Notes under the pieces: model-generated
Told to the model about the DNA's origin: nothing
The model's database searches: none
Seen by the model: only the letters and a program-made list of their open reading frames with translations
Origin: an uncultured Acidimicrobiaceae bacterium
Lineage (GTDB): Bacteria; Actinomycetota; Acidimicrobiia; Acidimicrobiales; RAAP-2
Assembly: GCA_963753555.1 (NCBI GenBank)
Contig: CAVWCV010000002.1
Location: forward strand, 103,821 to 167,820
Direction of reading: 5' to 3'
Length of the DNA: 64,000 nucleotides
Shown: piece after piece, positions 29,400 to 39,771 of the stretch
How the letters are laid out: every line of letters begins with the position of its first letter
Position numbering within the stretch: the first letter of the stretch is position 1
Position numbers and translations under genes: made by a program

Positions 29400-30585
29400 A
29401 TGCCGATCGCGCTCGACCGAGGAGCACCAGGAGCAGCGGCGTTCGGCGGCGCGCTGGCTCGCGGCGAACTGCCCCTCGTCCGTTCCGCGCGGGCTGCTCG
29501 ACGCGGAGGCCGAGGAGCTCCAGCCAGTATGGAAGGAGCTGGCGGGCCAAGGATGGCTCGGCATCCACCTGCCCGAGCACCTCGGGGGCCAGGGGTTCGG
29601 GTTGCTCGAGCTCGCGGTGCTCCTGGAGGAGACCGGCTGGTCGCTGCTTCCCGGGCCCTTCCTGCCGACGGTGCTCGCGTCGGCGGTGGCGGCAGAGGGA
29701 TTGACCGAGGAATCCGCCCGCCGCCTCGTGCCGCCGCTCGCCGAGGGCACGGCGACGGCCGGTGTCTACCTCGGTTCGGACCGCCTGGAGGTCTCGGGAC
29801 GCGACGGTTCGGGAGAGCTGGTCGTCTCGGGCACGCTGCGTCCGGTGCTCGCCGCGATGACCGCCTCGCAGTTGCTCGTGCCGGTGCGCGGGGACGCCGA
29901 CGCCACCACCTGGTGCCTTCTCGACGCCGACGGGTCGGGCGTCGCGGTGGAACCGCTCGGCAGCCTCGATCCGACCCGGCGGGTCGGTGTCGTCGAGGTG
30001 GCGGACCACCCGGTCGGGCCAGACCGGCAGCTCACAGCCCTGGCACCCGGCAGGGTGCGCCAGCTCGCGCTGGCGATGTTCGCGGCCGAGCACGCCGGTG
30101 GTGCGCGCTGGTGCCTCGAGACCGCCACCGAGTATGCGAAGGTCCGGGTGCAGTTCGGACGGCCCATCGGCCAGTTCCAGGCCATCAAGCACCGGCTTGC
30201 CGACATGGCCGTGCGCATCGAGCAGATGGCGGCGGTCGCCTGGGACGCAGCCGTGGCCGCCGACTCGTCCGGCGACGACGCCGACCTCGCCGCGGTCACC
30301 GCTGGGGCGATCGCGCTCGACGGCTATGCCGAGAGCGCGAAGGAGTGCGTACAGGTGCTGGGCGGGATCGGCTTCACCTGGGAACACGACGTCCACCTCC
30401 ATCTCAAGCGCGCGATGGCCGACCGCCAGCTCGCCGGCGATCCCGACGAGCTCTGCCTCGAGGTCTCGGCGATGGCCCGTCGGGGCACTCGGCGAGCGCT
30501 CGCAGCCGAGCTTCCCGAGATCGCGGAGGAGGCGAGACGGGAGCTCGCTCCGCTGATCGAGAAGGTGCAGCGCGATCGAAGGTGA
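29400..30585 (+). pseudogene. acyl-CoA dehydrogenase family protein (first of a tandem pair), 1 frameshift at ~29415
   Basis: The ATG at 29400 gives MPIAL. The reading continues in the frame of ORF 29602 (..TEEHQEQRRSAARWLAAN...GWLGIHLPEHLGGQG...YAKVRVQFGRPIGQFQAIKHRLADM...LGGIGFTWEHDVHLHLKR). Confidence 0.7.
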
Positions 30586-30598
30586 CGACCGCCGGCGG

Positions 30599-31614
30599 GT
30601 GATGGTCGACGAGGGTCTCGTGGCTCCCCACTGGCCCCGCCCGTGGGGACGGGACGCCGGTGCGGTCGAACAGGTCGTGATCGACGAGCTGCTCGGCGGT
30701 GCCGGGCTCGGTCGCCCTCACCTCGGGATCGGCGCGTGGGCGCTCCCGCCGATCATCGCCCGAGGCACCGACGAGCAGAAGGAGCGGTGGGTCCGCCCGA
30801 CGCTGCTCGGGGAGCTCGCCTGGTGCCAGCTCTTTTCGGAGCCGGGGGCGGGCTCGGACCTGGCGAGCCTTTCGACCCGGGCCGAGCGTGGCGAGGGCGG
30901 ATGGCTGCTGACCGGCCAGAAGGTGTGGACGTCGATGGCACGCGAGGCCGACTGGGGCATCTGTTTGGCACGGACCGATCCGGACGCGCCGAAACACCGC
31001 GGCATCACCTACTTCGTCGTGGACATGCACGCGGAGCGGTCTGGACATCCGCCCGCTCCGCGAGCTCACCGGCGCGGCGATGTTCAACGAGGTCTTCTTC
31101 GACGAGGTGTTCGTTCCCGACGACTGCGTCATCGGCGGGGTCAACGAGGGCTGGGGCCTGGCGCGGATGACCCTCGCCAACGAGCGGGTCACCATGTCGA
31201 CCGGTTCGACCTTCGGGATCGGCGTCGAGTCGTTGCTGCGCCTCGCGTCGCGTCGCGACGAGGAGCTCACGTCCTCACTCGCCACGCGGCTCGGGCGGTT
31301 GCTGGTCGAGGCGCAGTCACTGCATCTGATGGCCCACCGGTCGACGCTCCTCTCGCTCGCCGGCACCGACCCCGGGTCGGGCGCCAGTCTCCGCAAACTG
31401 TTGGGCGCGGAGCACGAGCAGCGGGTCCAGGAGCTCGGCCTCGCGATGCTCGGCTCCGAGGGCGCCGCCTTCGACGGGCAGGCGGCGCGCTGGGCACAGG
31501 GATTTCTCGCGCACGCGCTGTCTGACCATCGCCGGCGGCACGAGCGAGGTGCAGCGCAACGTGATCGCCGAGCGCATCCTCGGACTGCCGCGGGACGTGG
31601 AGCCAGGACAGTAG
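30599..31614 (+). pseudogene. acyl-CoA dehydrogenase family protein (second of a tandem pair, possibly fused to the first), at least 2 frameshifts
   Basis: MMVDEGLVAPHWPRPWGRDAG...CQLFSEPGAGSDLASL is in ORF 30599. FNEVFFDEVFVPDDCVIGGVNEGWG is in ORF 31080. The tail IAGGTSEVQRNVIAERILGLPRD is in a third frame and ends at TAG 31612-31614. Confidence 0.7.
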
Positions 31615-31670
31615 GGCGACGAGTCGTCGGCTGACCGTGGGGAGGACCGGGCGCGGCGGCCGGAAGCCGG

Positions 31671-32935
31671 TTAGACGACGTGGGCTGCGGAGAGGCGTTC
31701 GAGCTCGGCGGGGGTCAGCCCCACCAGCCCGCACCACACGTCCTCGTTGTGCTGTCCGAGTAGGGGCGCACCCGACGGCGTCGGTGTCGGGCGGCCCGCG
31801 ATCCGCGGGAACGGGCGCCTGCTGGCGGATCGGGCCGATCGACCGGGTCGTCGACCGTCACCAGATCCCCCCGGGCGGCCATGTGGGGGTCGGCGAAGAT
31901 CTCGGCGGCGGTGTACGCGGTGCCGACCGGCACCCCGTGTGCGACGCAAGCCGCCTCGACCGCCGTGGAGTCGAGGCGGCTTGCCCAGGCCGCGACCAGA
32001 TCGTTGATCTCCTGGCCGCGGGCGACCCGCGCCGAGCAGCGTCGAGAAGCGCGGGTCCTCGATCAGCTCCGGGCGCTCCATGGCCCGGCAGAGCCGGGCG
32101 AAGTTGGCATCCGAGCCCCCCACGATGCAGACGTAGGCGCCGTCCGCAGTGCGGAAATTGTCGAGCGGCGCCGAGTTGGCCATCCGGTTCCCCTCGCGGG
32201 TGCGGACCGTCCCTGTGCGGTCGTAGGCGGCGAGTGTCCATTCGAGCACTCGGAGGATCGACCCGTAGAGCGCGGCGTCGATCACGGTCGGACTCGGTCG
32301 CGGCCGAAGGGGCGGCCCGCCGTTCGTAGAGCCCGGCGACGGCTGCCAGCGCGGCGAAGACGCCGGTGAGGTAGTCGGAGATGGTGACGCCCGGGCGCAC
32401 CGGCGGCCGGTCGCGTTCGCCGGTCAGTTGCAGCAGCCCGCCGTACGCGATGCCCAGCCGGTCGAGTCCCGGACGGAGCGCGTAGGGACCGTCCTGTCCG
32501 AACGCGCTGATCCGGACGTAGACCAGGTCGGGCGACGAGGTCGCCGGGGCCGAGTCCCCACTCCTCCATGGTGCCGGGCCGGAAGTTCTCGCAGAGCACG
32601 TCGGCACGGGCTGCGAGCCGGCGGAACAGGTCCTGGCCTTCGGCGGTCCGCAGGTCGCAGGTGACGCTGCGGCGACCCCGGCCCTCGATCGCCCAGAAGA
32701 GCGAGTACTCGCCGCCGTCGGGAGCCGCTGCATAGGGGCCGATGGTCCGCATGAAGTCGCCGCCGTCGGGCCGCTCGACCTTGATCACCTCGGCGCCGAG
32801 CTCGCCGAGCAGTCCTGCGCAGAAGGGCGCGGAGATCCTCGTCCCCACGTCGATTACGCGGACGCCGGCCAGCGGACCCTCGCTCGCGCCACGGTCTTCG
32901 GTTCCGCCCGAGGTGCCGGGCTCCGCGACCGTCAA
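31671..32935 (-). pseudogene. family III CoA-transferase (CaiB/BaiF-like), at least 5 frameshifts
   Basis: Begins [35 protein letters not shown]. Further fragments are [48 protein letters not shown] and the tail GAPLLGQHNEDVW. They are spread over ORFs 32282..32935, 31858..32733, 31671..32285 and 31715..31933. Confidence 0.7.
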
Positions 32936-33783
32936 CCGTCCGGTCGGTCCCCGCGGTCGCGGTCGGAGAAGACCTCGTGCATGCTCGACCGGGTCTGCCG
33001 CTCCGCCAGCGCGTCGCGGGCGGTCGCGGTGTTGTGCATCCAGTGGTGCGCCATGAAGTGGTACTTCCAGGACGCGGACTGGCCCATGAGCTCGGCGGTG
33101 TGGTTGAGCGAGTCCTTGACCACCTGCGCGGTCGCCGGCGGCACCAGTGCGATGCGTTCCGCGAGCTCGCGGGTCCGCTCGGTCAGCTCGGCGCGGGGGA
33201 CTACCCGGTTGACCAGCCCGAGCCGCCAGGCCTCGTCGGCCCCGATGGTATCGCCGGTCAGGAGGAACTCCTTCGCCTTGCGGATGCCGAGCTCCCAGGG
33301 CTCGACCAGCAGCTCGACGCCGGCGCCGGTCATCCGGAGCACCGGGTTGGAGAACACCGCATCATCGGCCGCGACGATGAGGTCGCACATGCAGGCGAGC
33401 ATGAGCCCGGCCGCGACGCAGCTGCCCTGGACGGCGGCGATGGTCGGCTTGCGGAAGTCGTGGATCCGGACGCAGCGGTCGTAGTACATGACCTTCTCGT
33501 GGTAGAGCTTGCCCTCGGGCGTCTCGCGCATCAGCTGCCACGGGTCGGGTTCGACCTTGCCCATCAGGGCCTTCAGGTCGTGTCCGGACGAAAAGTGCTT
33601 GCCGGCGCCGGCGAGGATCACGACCCGGACCGCGTCGTCGGCGTCGGCCTCGTCGAAGGCCGCGTCCATCTCGTCGATCAGCCGGGTGTCCTGGGCGTTG
33701 GCCATCTCGGGCCGGTTCATGGTGATCGTCGCGACCGGCCCGTCCACGTCGTAGCGGATCGATTCGTACCCCACAGGCCCCAT
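32932..33783 (-). CDS. enoyl-CoA hydratase
   Basis: ORF 32932..33783(-), intact. Motifs present: [22 protein letters not shown], and [20 protein letters not shown]. It overlaps the downstream CoA-transferase start by 4 nt. Confidence 0.85.
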   Translation of the reverse strand: MGPVGYESIRYDVDGPVATITMNRPEMANAQDTRLIDEMDAAFDEADADDAVRVVILAGAGKHFSSGHDLKALMGKVEPDPWQLMRETPEGKLYHEKVMYYDRCVRIHDFRKPTIAAVQGSCVAAGLMLACMCDLIVAADDAVFSNPVLRMTGAGVELLVEPWELGIRKAKEFLLTGDTIGADEAWRLGLVNRVVPRAELTERTRELAERIALVPPATAQVVKDSLNHTAELMGQSASWKYHFMAHHWMHNTATARDALAERQTRSSMHEVFSDRDRGDRPDG

Positions 33784-33808
33784 CCTTCCTGGCTGCTCGC
33801 CGGAGTCC

Positions 33809-34991
33809 TCAGTCCTTCGGCAGCCCGAGCACCCGCTCGCCGACCAGGGTCCGGTGCACCTCGTTGGTTCCGGCGAAGATCGAGGACGCCTGATAGTAGA
33901 GCCACGACCGCTGCCACATCCCGTCCCCGGGGTTGCCGTCGGCGCCCTGCCAGAGCGGTGCGGCCGGCCCCAGCACGGCGAGCGCGGTGTCGTGGAGGCG
34001 CTTCGACATCTCGCTCCAGTAGAGCTTCAGCGCGCTGCCCTCCGGACCCGGGCGGCTCTCCCCGCTCGAGGCGGGTGAGGGTCCGCCAGTTGTGCAGCTG
34101 GAACAGCTTGACCTCGATGTAGACCTCGGCGACCCGCTGGCGGACCTCCCAGTCGTCGAACCCGCCGGGCTGCGAGGCGGCCAGCTCGAGTAGCTCGGCC
34201 AGTAGCTGGCAGTGGATGCCGAGCTGTCGCGGGTTCACGCCGCGCTCGTGGGCCAGGGTCGCGTTGGCGACCCTCCACCCGTCCCCGGCAGTTCCGATCA
34301 GTGCCGAATCGGGCACGAACACGTCGTCGAGCACCACCTCGTTGAACTCCGCGTCGCCGGTGATCTGGACGAGCGGGCGCACCTCCACCCCCTCGGCGTG
34401 CATGTCGACGGCGAGGCACGAGATCCCGAGCTGGCGCTTGGGCGCGTCGGGGTCGCTCCGCGCGAGGCAGAGCCCCCAGTCGGCGAATTGCGCGTAGGAG
34501 GTCCAGACCTTGTGCCCGGTGACCCGGAACCCACCGTCGACGGGCACCGCCCGGGTGGTGAGTGACGCCAGGTCGCTTCCGGCCTCGGGCTCGCTGAAGA
34601 GCTGGCACCAGAGCTCCTCCGCGCCGAGCACCGGGGGCAGCCAGCGGGTTCGCTGCTCGGGCGTAGCGTGCGCGAAGAGCGTGGGCGCCACGAGGTTGAT
34701 GCCGATCCGGCCGACGAGCTCGGGCGCGCGGGCCCTGGCCATCTCCTCGGTCACCACGAAGTGCTCGGTCGGCCCGAGACCGCGCCCGCCGAGCTCGGTG
34801 GGCCAGGTGACACCCACCCAGCGGTCGGCGGCGAGCTTGGCCTGCCATTCGCGGCCGAAGGCGACCACCTCGCCCAGGTCCGGTGAGCGAGGCGGGGGCT
34901 CGGTGCCGTACGCCCAGGGCAGATTGGCAACCAACCAGTCGTGCAGCTCGGCCCGAAGGCGCTGTTGAGCGGGCGTGATCTGCAGGTCCAT
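33809..34991 (-). pseudogene. acyl-CoA dehydrogenase, 1 frameshift near 34040
   Basis: ORF 33717..35060(-), trimmed to the ATG at 34991 (MDLQITPAQQRLRAEL...CQLFSEPEAGSDLASL...). The C-terminus SIFAGTNEVHRTLVGERVLGLPKD is in ORF 33809..34009. Confidence 0.75.
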
Positions 34992-35107
34992 CCCGGTCAG
35001 CTTGGCACAGGCGCACCCGCGACCGAATCCCGTCCCGTCCACCAGAACGTGAAGGAGCACCCGTTGCCGACGCGGGCGCGCGGGCGGTGCCCGTAAGATT
35101 CGCCGCC

Positions 35108-36280
35108 GTGGAGTTCGACCTCTCGCCGGATCAGCGCGCGCTGGCCGATGCTGCGGCCGACCTGCTCGACGGGCTCGCTTCTCCCGAGCGTGTGCGGGCG
35201 ATCGTCGGCTCGGGCGTCGCGTTCGAGGGGATCGGGGGATCCGACGCCGGCCCCGGAGACGGCTACGACCACGAGCTGTGGGCCGCGATGGCCGAGCAGG
35301 GCTGGCCCGCGATCGAGGTGCCGGAGCCCGACGGCGGGCTCGGGCTCGGGATGGTCGAGGTGGCCGTCCTCTGCGAACAGTCGGCCCGACGGGTCGCGCC
35401 GTCTCCCTTCGTCGGCTCGGTGCTGTGCGCCGGCGCCCTGCGGGCTGCGCTCGACCGCGGTGGTGCCGATCCCCTGGAGCCCACCCTCACCGACGATGCG
35501 CGCTCGGAAGTCGCCCGGTGGGCGTCCTCGCTGTCGGCGGGGGAGGGGATCGGCTGCGTAGCGTGGAGCGGAGGGGCGGTCACCGCCCGGCAGGAGGGAG
35601 CGCGGTGGCTGCTGTCGGGACGGCCCGAGCCGACGCAGCACGCTTCGGTCGCGGATGTCGCGGTGGTGGTCGCCGACGATGCGCTCTACGCCCTCGGGCT
35701 CGGAGGCGGGCGCCGTCCTGCCGCGGCGCCCGCGATGGACCGGACCCGCCCGATCGCCTGGCTGGAACTCGACGCGGCGCCCTCGTGGCGCATCGGGGGT
35801 GGTGCCGCCGCTGCCGCGCTCGTGTCGACCGCGCCGCGACGGCTGCTGCCGCCCAGCTGCTCGGCGCGTCGGAACGAGCTCTCGAGCTCACCGTCGACTA
35901 CGCCAAGGTCCGACGTCAGTTCGGCCATCCGATCGGCAGCTTCCAGGCGGTGAAGCACCGCCTCGCCGACGCGCTGGTGGACGTCGAAGCGATGCGGTCG
36001 AGCGTCGTATTACGCCGCGTGGTGCGTCGGGTCGGCGCACCCTGAGGCATCGATCGCCTCGTCGATGGCCAAGGCCTGGTGCTCGGACGCCTCCGGTCGG
36101 GTCATGGCATCCGCGATGCAGGTCCACGGCGGGATCGGCTTCACCTGGGAGCACGATCTGCACCTGTTCGTCAAACGCGCGCAGCTCGACGCGAATTCGT
36201 TCGGCCGTGCGCCGTGGCACCGCGACCGGGTGGCCCGGCTGCTCGAGGCCAACCTGGCCGCGGGACGCGGTCCGATCTGA
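35108..36280 (+). pseudogene. acyl-CoA dehydrogenase family protein, at least 3 frameshifts
   Basis: A GTG at 35108 gives VEFDLSPDQRALADAAADLL... (frame of ORF 35087). LELTVDYAKVRRQFGHPIGSFQAVKHRLADA is in the frame of ORF 35278. MQVHGGIGFTWEHDLHLFVKRA is in ORF 36065..36280. Confidence 0.65.
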
Positions 36281-36483
36281 TCCGTCGGCACGCGTGCTCG
36301 CGGCACCCTCGCGCACGTGTGCGCGCGGCACTCTCGCGCACCGCTCGCGCCGCAGTCACCTCCGCAGCCCTGGCCCTCGCTGCGGGCCAGCTGATGCCCG
36401 GCTGCGAACTGCTACGGTGACCCCGGCATCCGCCGGGGACGAGGCGTCAGTGCCGAAGAACAGCGTCGGGAAAAGGGGCGGGC

Positions 36484-37842
36484 GTGGCCTGGGACTTCTC
36501 CACCGAACCGGAATTCCAAGCGCAACTCGAATGGATGGACCGGTTCGTCCGCGAGGAGATCGAACCGATCGACGTGCTTTGGGGCGCGGAGACCTATCAC
36601 CCGCTCGACGACGCGCTCCGCGCGATCGTCGATCCACTGAAGCACCAGGTCCGCGAGCGCAGGCTCTGGGCGTGCCACCTCGGCCCCGAGCTCGGCGGCG
36701 AGGGGTACGGGCAGGTGAAGCTCGCGCTCATGAACGAGATCCTCGGCCGATCCCGGTGGGCACCGATCGTCTTCGGCACCCAGGCGCCCGACACCGGCAA
36801 CGCCGAGATCATCGCCCACTACGGGACCGACAACCAGAAGGAGCAGTACCTACGGCCGCTCCTCGAGGGGGAGATCTTCTCCTGCTACTCGATGACCGAG
36901 CCCCAGGGGGGCTCGGACCCCTCCCTGTTCGAGACGACCGCGGTGCGTGACGGCGACGACTGGGTCCTCGACGGGTGGAAGTTCTTCTCCTCGAACGCGA
37001 GGACGTCCAGCTTCCTCATCGTGATGGCGCTCACCGACACACAGACGGACGTCTACCACGGCATGTCGATGTTCCTCGTGCCGACCGACACACCGGGCGT
37101 GAAGATCGTGCGGAACATCGGCCTCATGGGCGAGCGGGTGCCGGGCTCCGGAATGCACGCTCTCATCCACTACGACCAGGTGCGGGTTCCCGCGGAGAGC
37201 CTGCTCGGTGGCGAGGGCCAGGCGTTCGCCATCGCGCAGACCCGGCTCGGCGGGGGTCGGGTGCACCACGCCATGCGCACCGTCGGCATGGCGAGCAAGG
37301 CGCTCGACATGCTCTGTGAACGGGCGGTGAGCCGCCGGACCCGCGACGGGACGCTCGCCGACAAACAGAGCGTGCGTGCCTACGTGGCGGACTCCTACAT
37401 CGAGCTCACCCAGTTCCGGCTGTTCGTGATGTACGTCGCCTGGTCGATCGACAACGGTGTCGATCCGAAGGCGATCCGCCGGGACATCGCGGCGATCAAG
37501 GTGCTCACCCCCCAGGTGATCCACCACGCCGCGCAGCGGGCGATCCAGGTGCACGGCGCGCTCGGCGTCTCCGACGAGTTGCCGCTCGGCGGCATGTGGA
37601 TGAGCGCTCCGGTGATGGGGTTGGTCGACGGGCCGACGGAGGTGCACCGCGAGACGGTGGCCCGGCAGGTGCTGCGGGGGTACCGGCCGGTCGAGTCACC
37701 GTGGCCGAGCCAGCACCTTCCGACCCGGATCGCCGCGGCACGGAGGAAGTTCGCTGCCCATCCCGAGGCTCTGGAGCGCGCGGCTGGGCGCGAGCTCGGC
37801 GAGCTCGCAGACGCACTCGAGCACCAGGTGGGCAACTGGTGA
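36484..37842 (+). CDS. acyl-CoA dehydrogenase family protein, ACAD10/11 (FadE2-like) subtype
   Basis: ORF 36484..37842(+), intact. Motifs present: CYSMTEPQGGSDP and VHGALGVS. The GLVDGPTEVHRETVARQVL tail resembles the GPDEVH signature of the ACAD10/11 subfamily. Its stop overlaps the start of the kinase-like gene. Confidence 0.75.
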   Translation: MAWDFSTEPEFQAQLEWMDRFVREEIEPIDVLWGAETYHPLDDALRAIVDPLKHQVRERRLWACHLGPELGGEGYGQVKLALMNEILGRSRWAPIVFGTQAPDTGNAEIIAHYGTDNQKEQYLRPLLEGEIFSCYSMTEPQGGSDPSLFETTAVRDGDDWVLDGWKFFSSNARTSSFLIVMALTDTQTDVYHGMSMFLVPTDTPGVKIVRNIGLMGERVPGSGMHALIHYDQVRVPAESLLGGEGQAFAIAQTRLGGGRVHHAMRTVGMASKALDMLCERAVSRRTRDGTLADKQSVRAYVADSYIELTQFRLFVMYVAWSIDNGVDPKAIRRDIAAIKVLTPQVIHHAAQRAIQVHGALGVSDELPLGGMWMSAPVMGLVDGPTEVHRETVARQVLRGYRPVESPWPSQHLPTRIAAARRKFAAHPEALERAAGRELGELADALEHQVGNW

Positions 37843-38930
37843 GCGCTCCGGACCCCGGCGACGGCGATGCCGCGCCGTTCGCTTCCGAGCCGCACTCCAA
37901 GGTCGACGAGGAGCGGCTCGGCGCCTGGATGGACCACGAGGGCCTACCGGGCGAAGGGCTGCCGGTCACGGCCCGGTTCATCACCGGCGGGGCCTCGAAC
38001 GATCTCTTCGAGATCGTCGGGGTGAGCACCGCCTCGCCCTCCGACGTCCGCCCGAGCCGGTCCCCGAGGGCCGCGACGAGACGATGCTGCGCGAGTACCG
38101 GCTGCTCGCCGCACTCGGTGGCACCGACGTCCCCCACGCAAGGGTCGTGGCAGGGTGCGACGACCGCTCGGTGCTCGGCGGCTGCTTCTACCTGATGGAG
38201 TTCGTCGACGGCTGGTCGCCCATCCAAGAGGGCACGGTCTGGCCGGAGCCCTTCGACCACGATGTCGAGGCGCGCCGTGGGCTCGCGTTCGAGCTCGTCG
38301 ACGGCATCGCCCGGCTGTCACGGGTGGACTGGCGTGCCCGCGGACTCGAAGGATTCGGCCGGCCGGAGGGCTTCCACGAGCGGCAGGTCGACCGCTGGCT
38401 TGCCCACCTCGCAAGCGGTGCAGTTCCGGCCGATTCCGGGCATCGACGAGGCGGCCGAATGGCTCCGGGCTCACAAGCCGCGCTCCTACCGCCCGGGCAT
38501 CATGCACGGCGACTACCAGTTCGCCAACGTGATGTTCCGCCACGGAGCGCCGGCGCGGCTGGCCGCGATCGTCGATTGGGAGATGGCGACGGTCGGGGAC
38601 CCGCTCCTCGATCTGGGCTGGGTGATCAACGGCTGGCCGGCGGACGCCTCGGCCGGAGGCGAGAGCACGGTCAGTTACGTCGACTACACCGGGATGCCCT
38701 CGGCCGACGACCTGCTCTCGTACTACGAGGACCGCTCGGGACGGCCGGTGGACGAGATCGACTACTACGTGATCCTGGCGCGCTTCAAGCTGGCGATCGT
38801 CCTCGAGGCGGGCTACGCGCGGGTGGTGGCGGGCACGGCGGCCAACCTCAAGATGGCCGCGTTCGGCGACGTCGTCCTCGAGATGGCCCGCAAGGCCGCC
38901 GACCTCGCCGGGACGACCACGCTCCGGTGA
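37839..38930 (+). pseudogene. phosphotransferase (APH/choline-kinase-like) family protein, at least 3 frameshifts
   Basis: GTGA overlap with the upstream gene at 37839-37842. Fragments include FITGGASNDLFEI and MLREYRLLAALGGTDVPHARVV..FYLMEFVDG. The catalytic loop IMHGDYQFANVMF and the IVDWEMATVGDPLLDLG segment are also present. The pieces are spread over three + frames. Confidence 0.7.
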
Positions 38931-38942
38931 GCAGGTGAGCGG

Positions 38943-39726
38943 GTGAGCGAGCGCACCGGCCAGGTGGCCCTGTCCGAGGACCGCTTCTCGCTCGAGGGGA
39001 AGGTCGCCATGGTGACCGGTGGCAGCCGCGGCCTCGGGCGGGCGATGGTGCTCGGGTTCGCCGAAGCCGGCGCCGACGTGATCGTCGCCAGCCGGAAGCT
39101 CGACGCCTGCCGGGCCGTCGTCGAGGAGGTGGCCGCGCTCGGCCGGCGCGGTGCCGCGGTGCAGGCCAACGTGAGCCACTGGGGAGAGCTCGAGGGAGTG
39201 GTCGACGCCGCCTACGAGGCGTTCGGGCACGTCGACGTGCTGGTCAACAACGCCGGCATGTCGCTGCTCTACGACGGACCTCGAGCGGGTGAGCGAACAG
39301 ATGTGGGACAAGGTACTCGGCGTCAACCTCAAGGGCCCGTTCCGGTTGACCGCACTGGTCGGCCCGCGCATGGTCGGGGACCGGGGCGGCTCCATCGTCA
39401 ACGTGTCGAGCACCGGGTCGATTCGGCCGGCTCCCTCGATGCTGCCCTACGACGCGGCGAAGGCCGGTCTCAATGCCCTCACCGTCGGGTTCGCCCACGC
39501 ATACGGCCCGACCGTCCGGGTCAACTGCATCATGGCCGGCCCGTTCTACACCGATGTGTCGACCCATTGGGACCTCGCCAGCTTCGAGGCGGAGGCGGCT
39601 CGGCGCTTCGCGCTCGAGCGGGGCGGGCAGGCGCCGGAGATCGTCGGCGCAGCGCTCTACTTCGCCTCGGCCGCGTCGAGCTTCACGACTGGCGCGACGC
39701 TCCGCGTCGACGGAGGCATCCCCTGA
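38943..39726 (+). pseudogene. SDR family oxidoreductase, 1 frameshift near 39275
   Basis: VAMVTGGSRGLGRAM and VLVNNAGM are in ORF 38943. NVSSTGS...PYDAAKAGLNAL...LRVDGG is in ORF 39289..39726. Confidence 0.75.
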
Positions 39727-39771
39727 CCCTTCCGTCGTACGCGCCACCCGACCGCATGTGCAATGGCAGCG

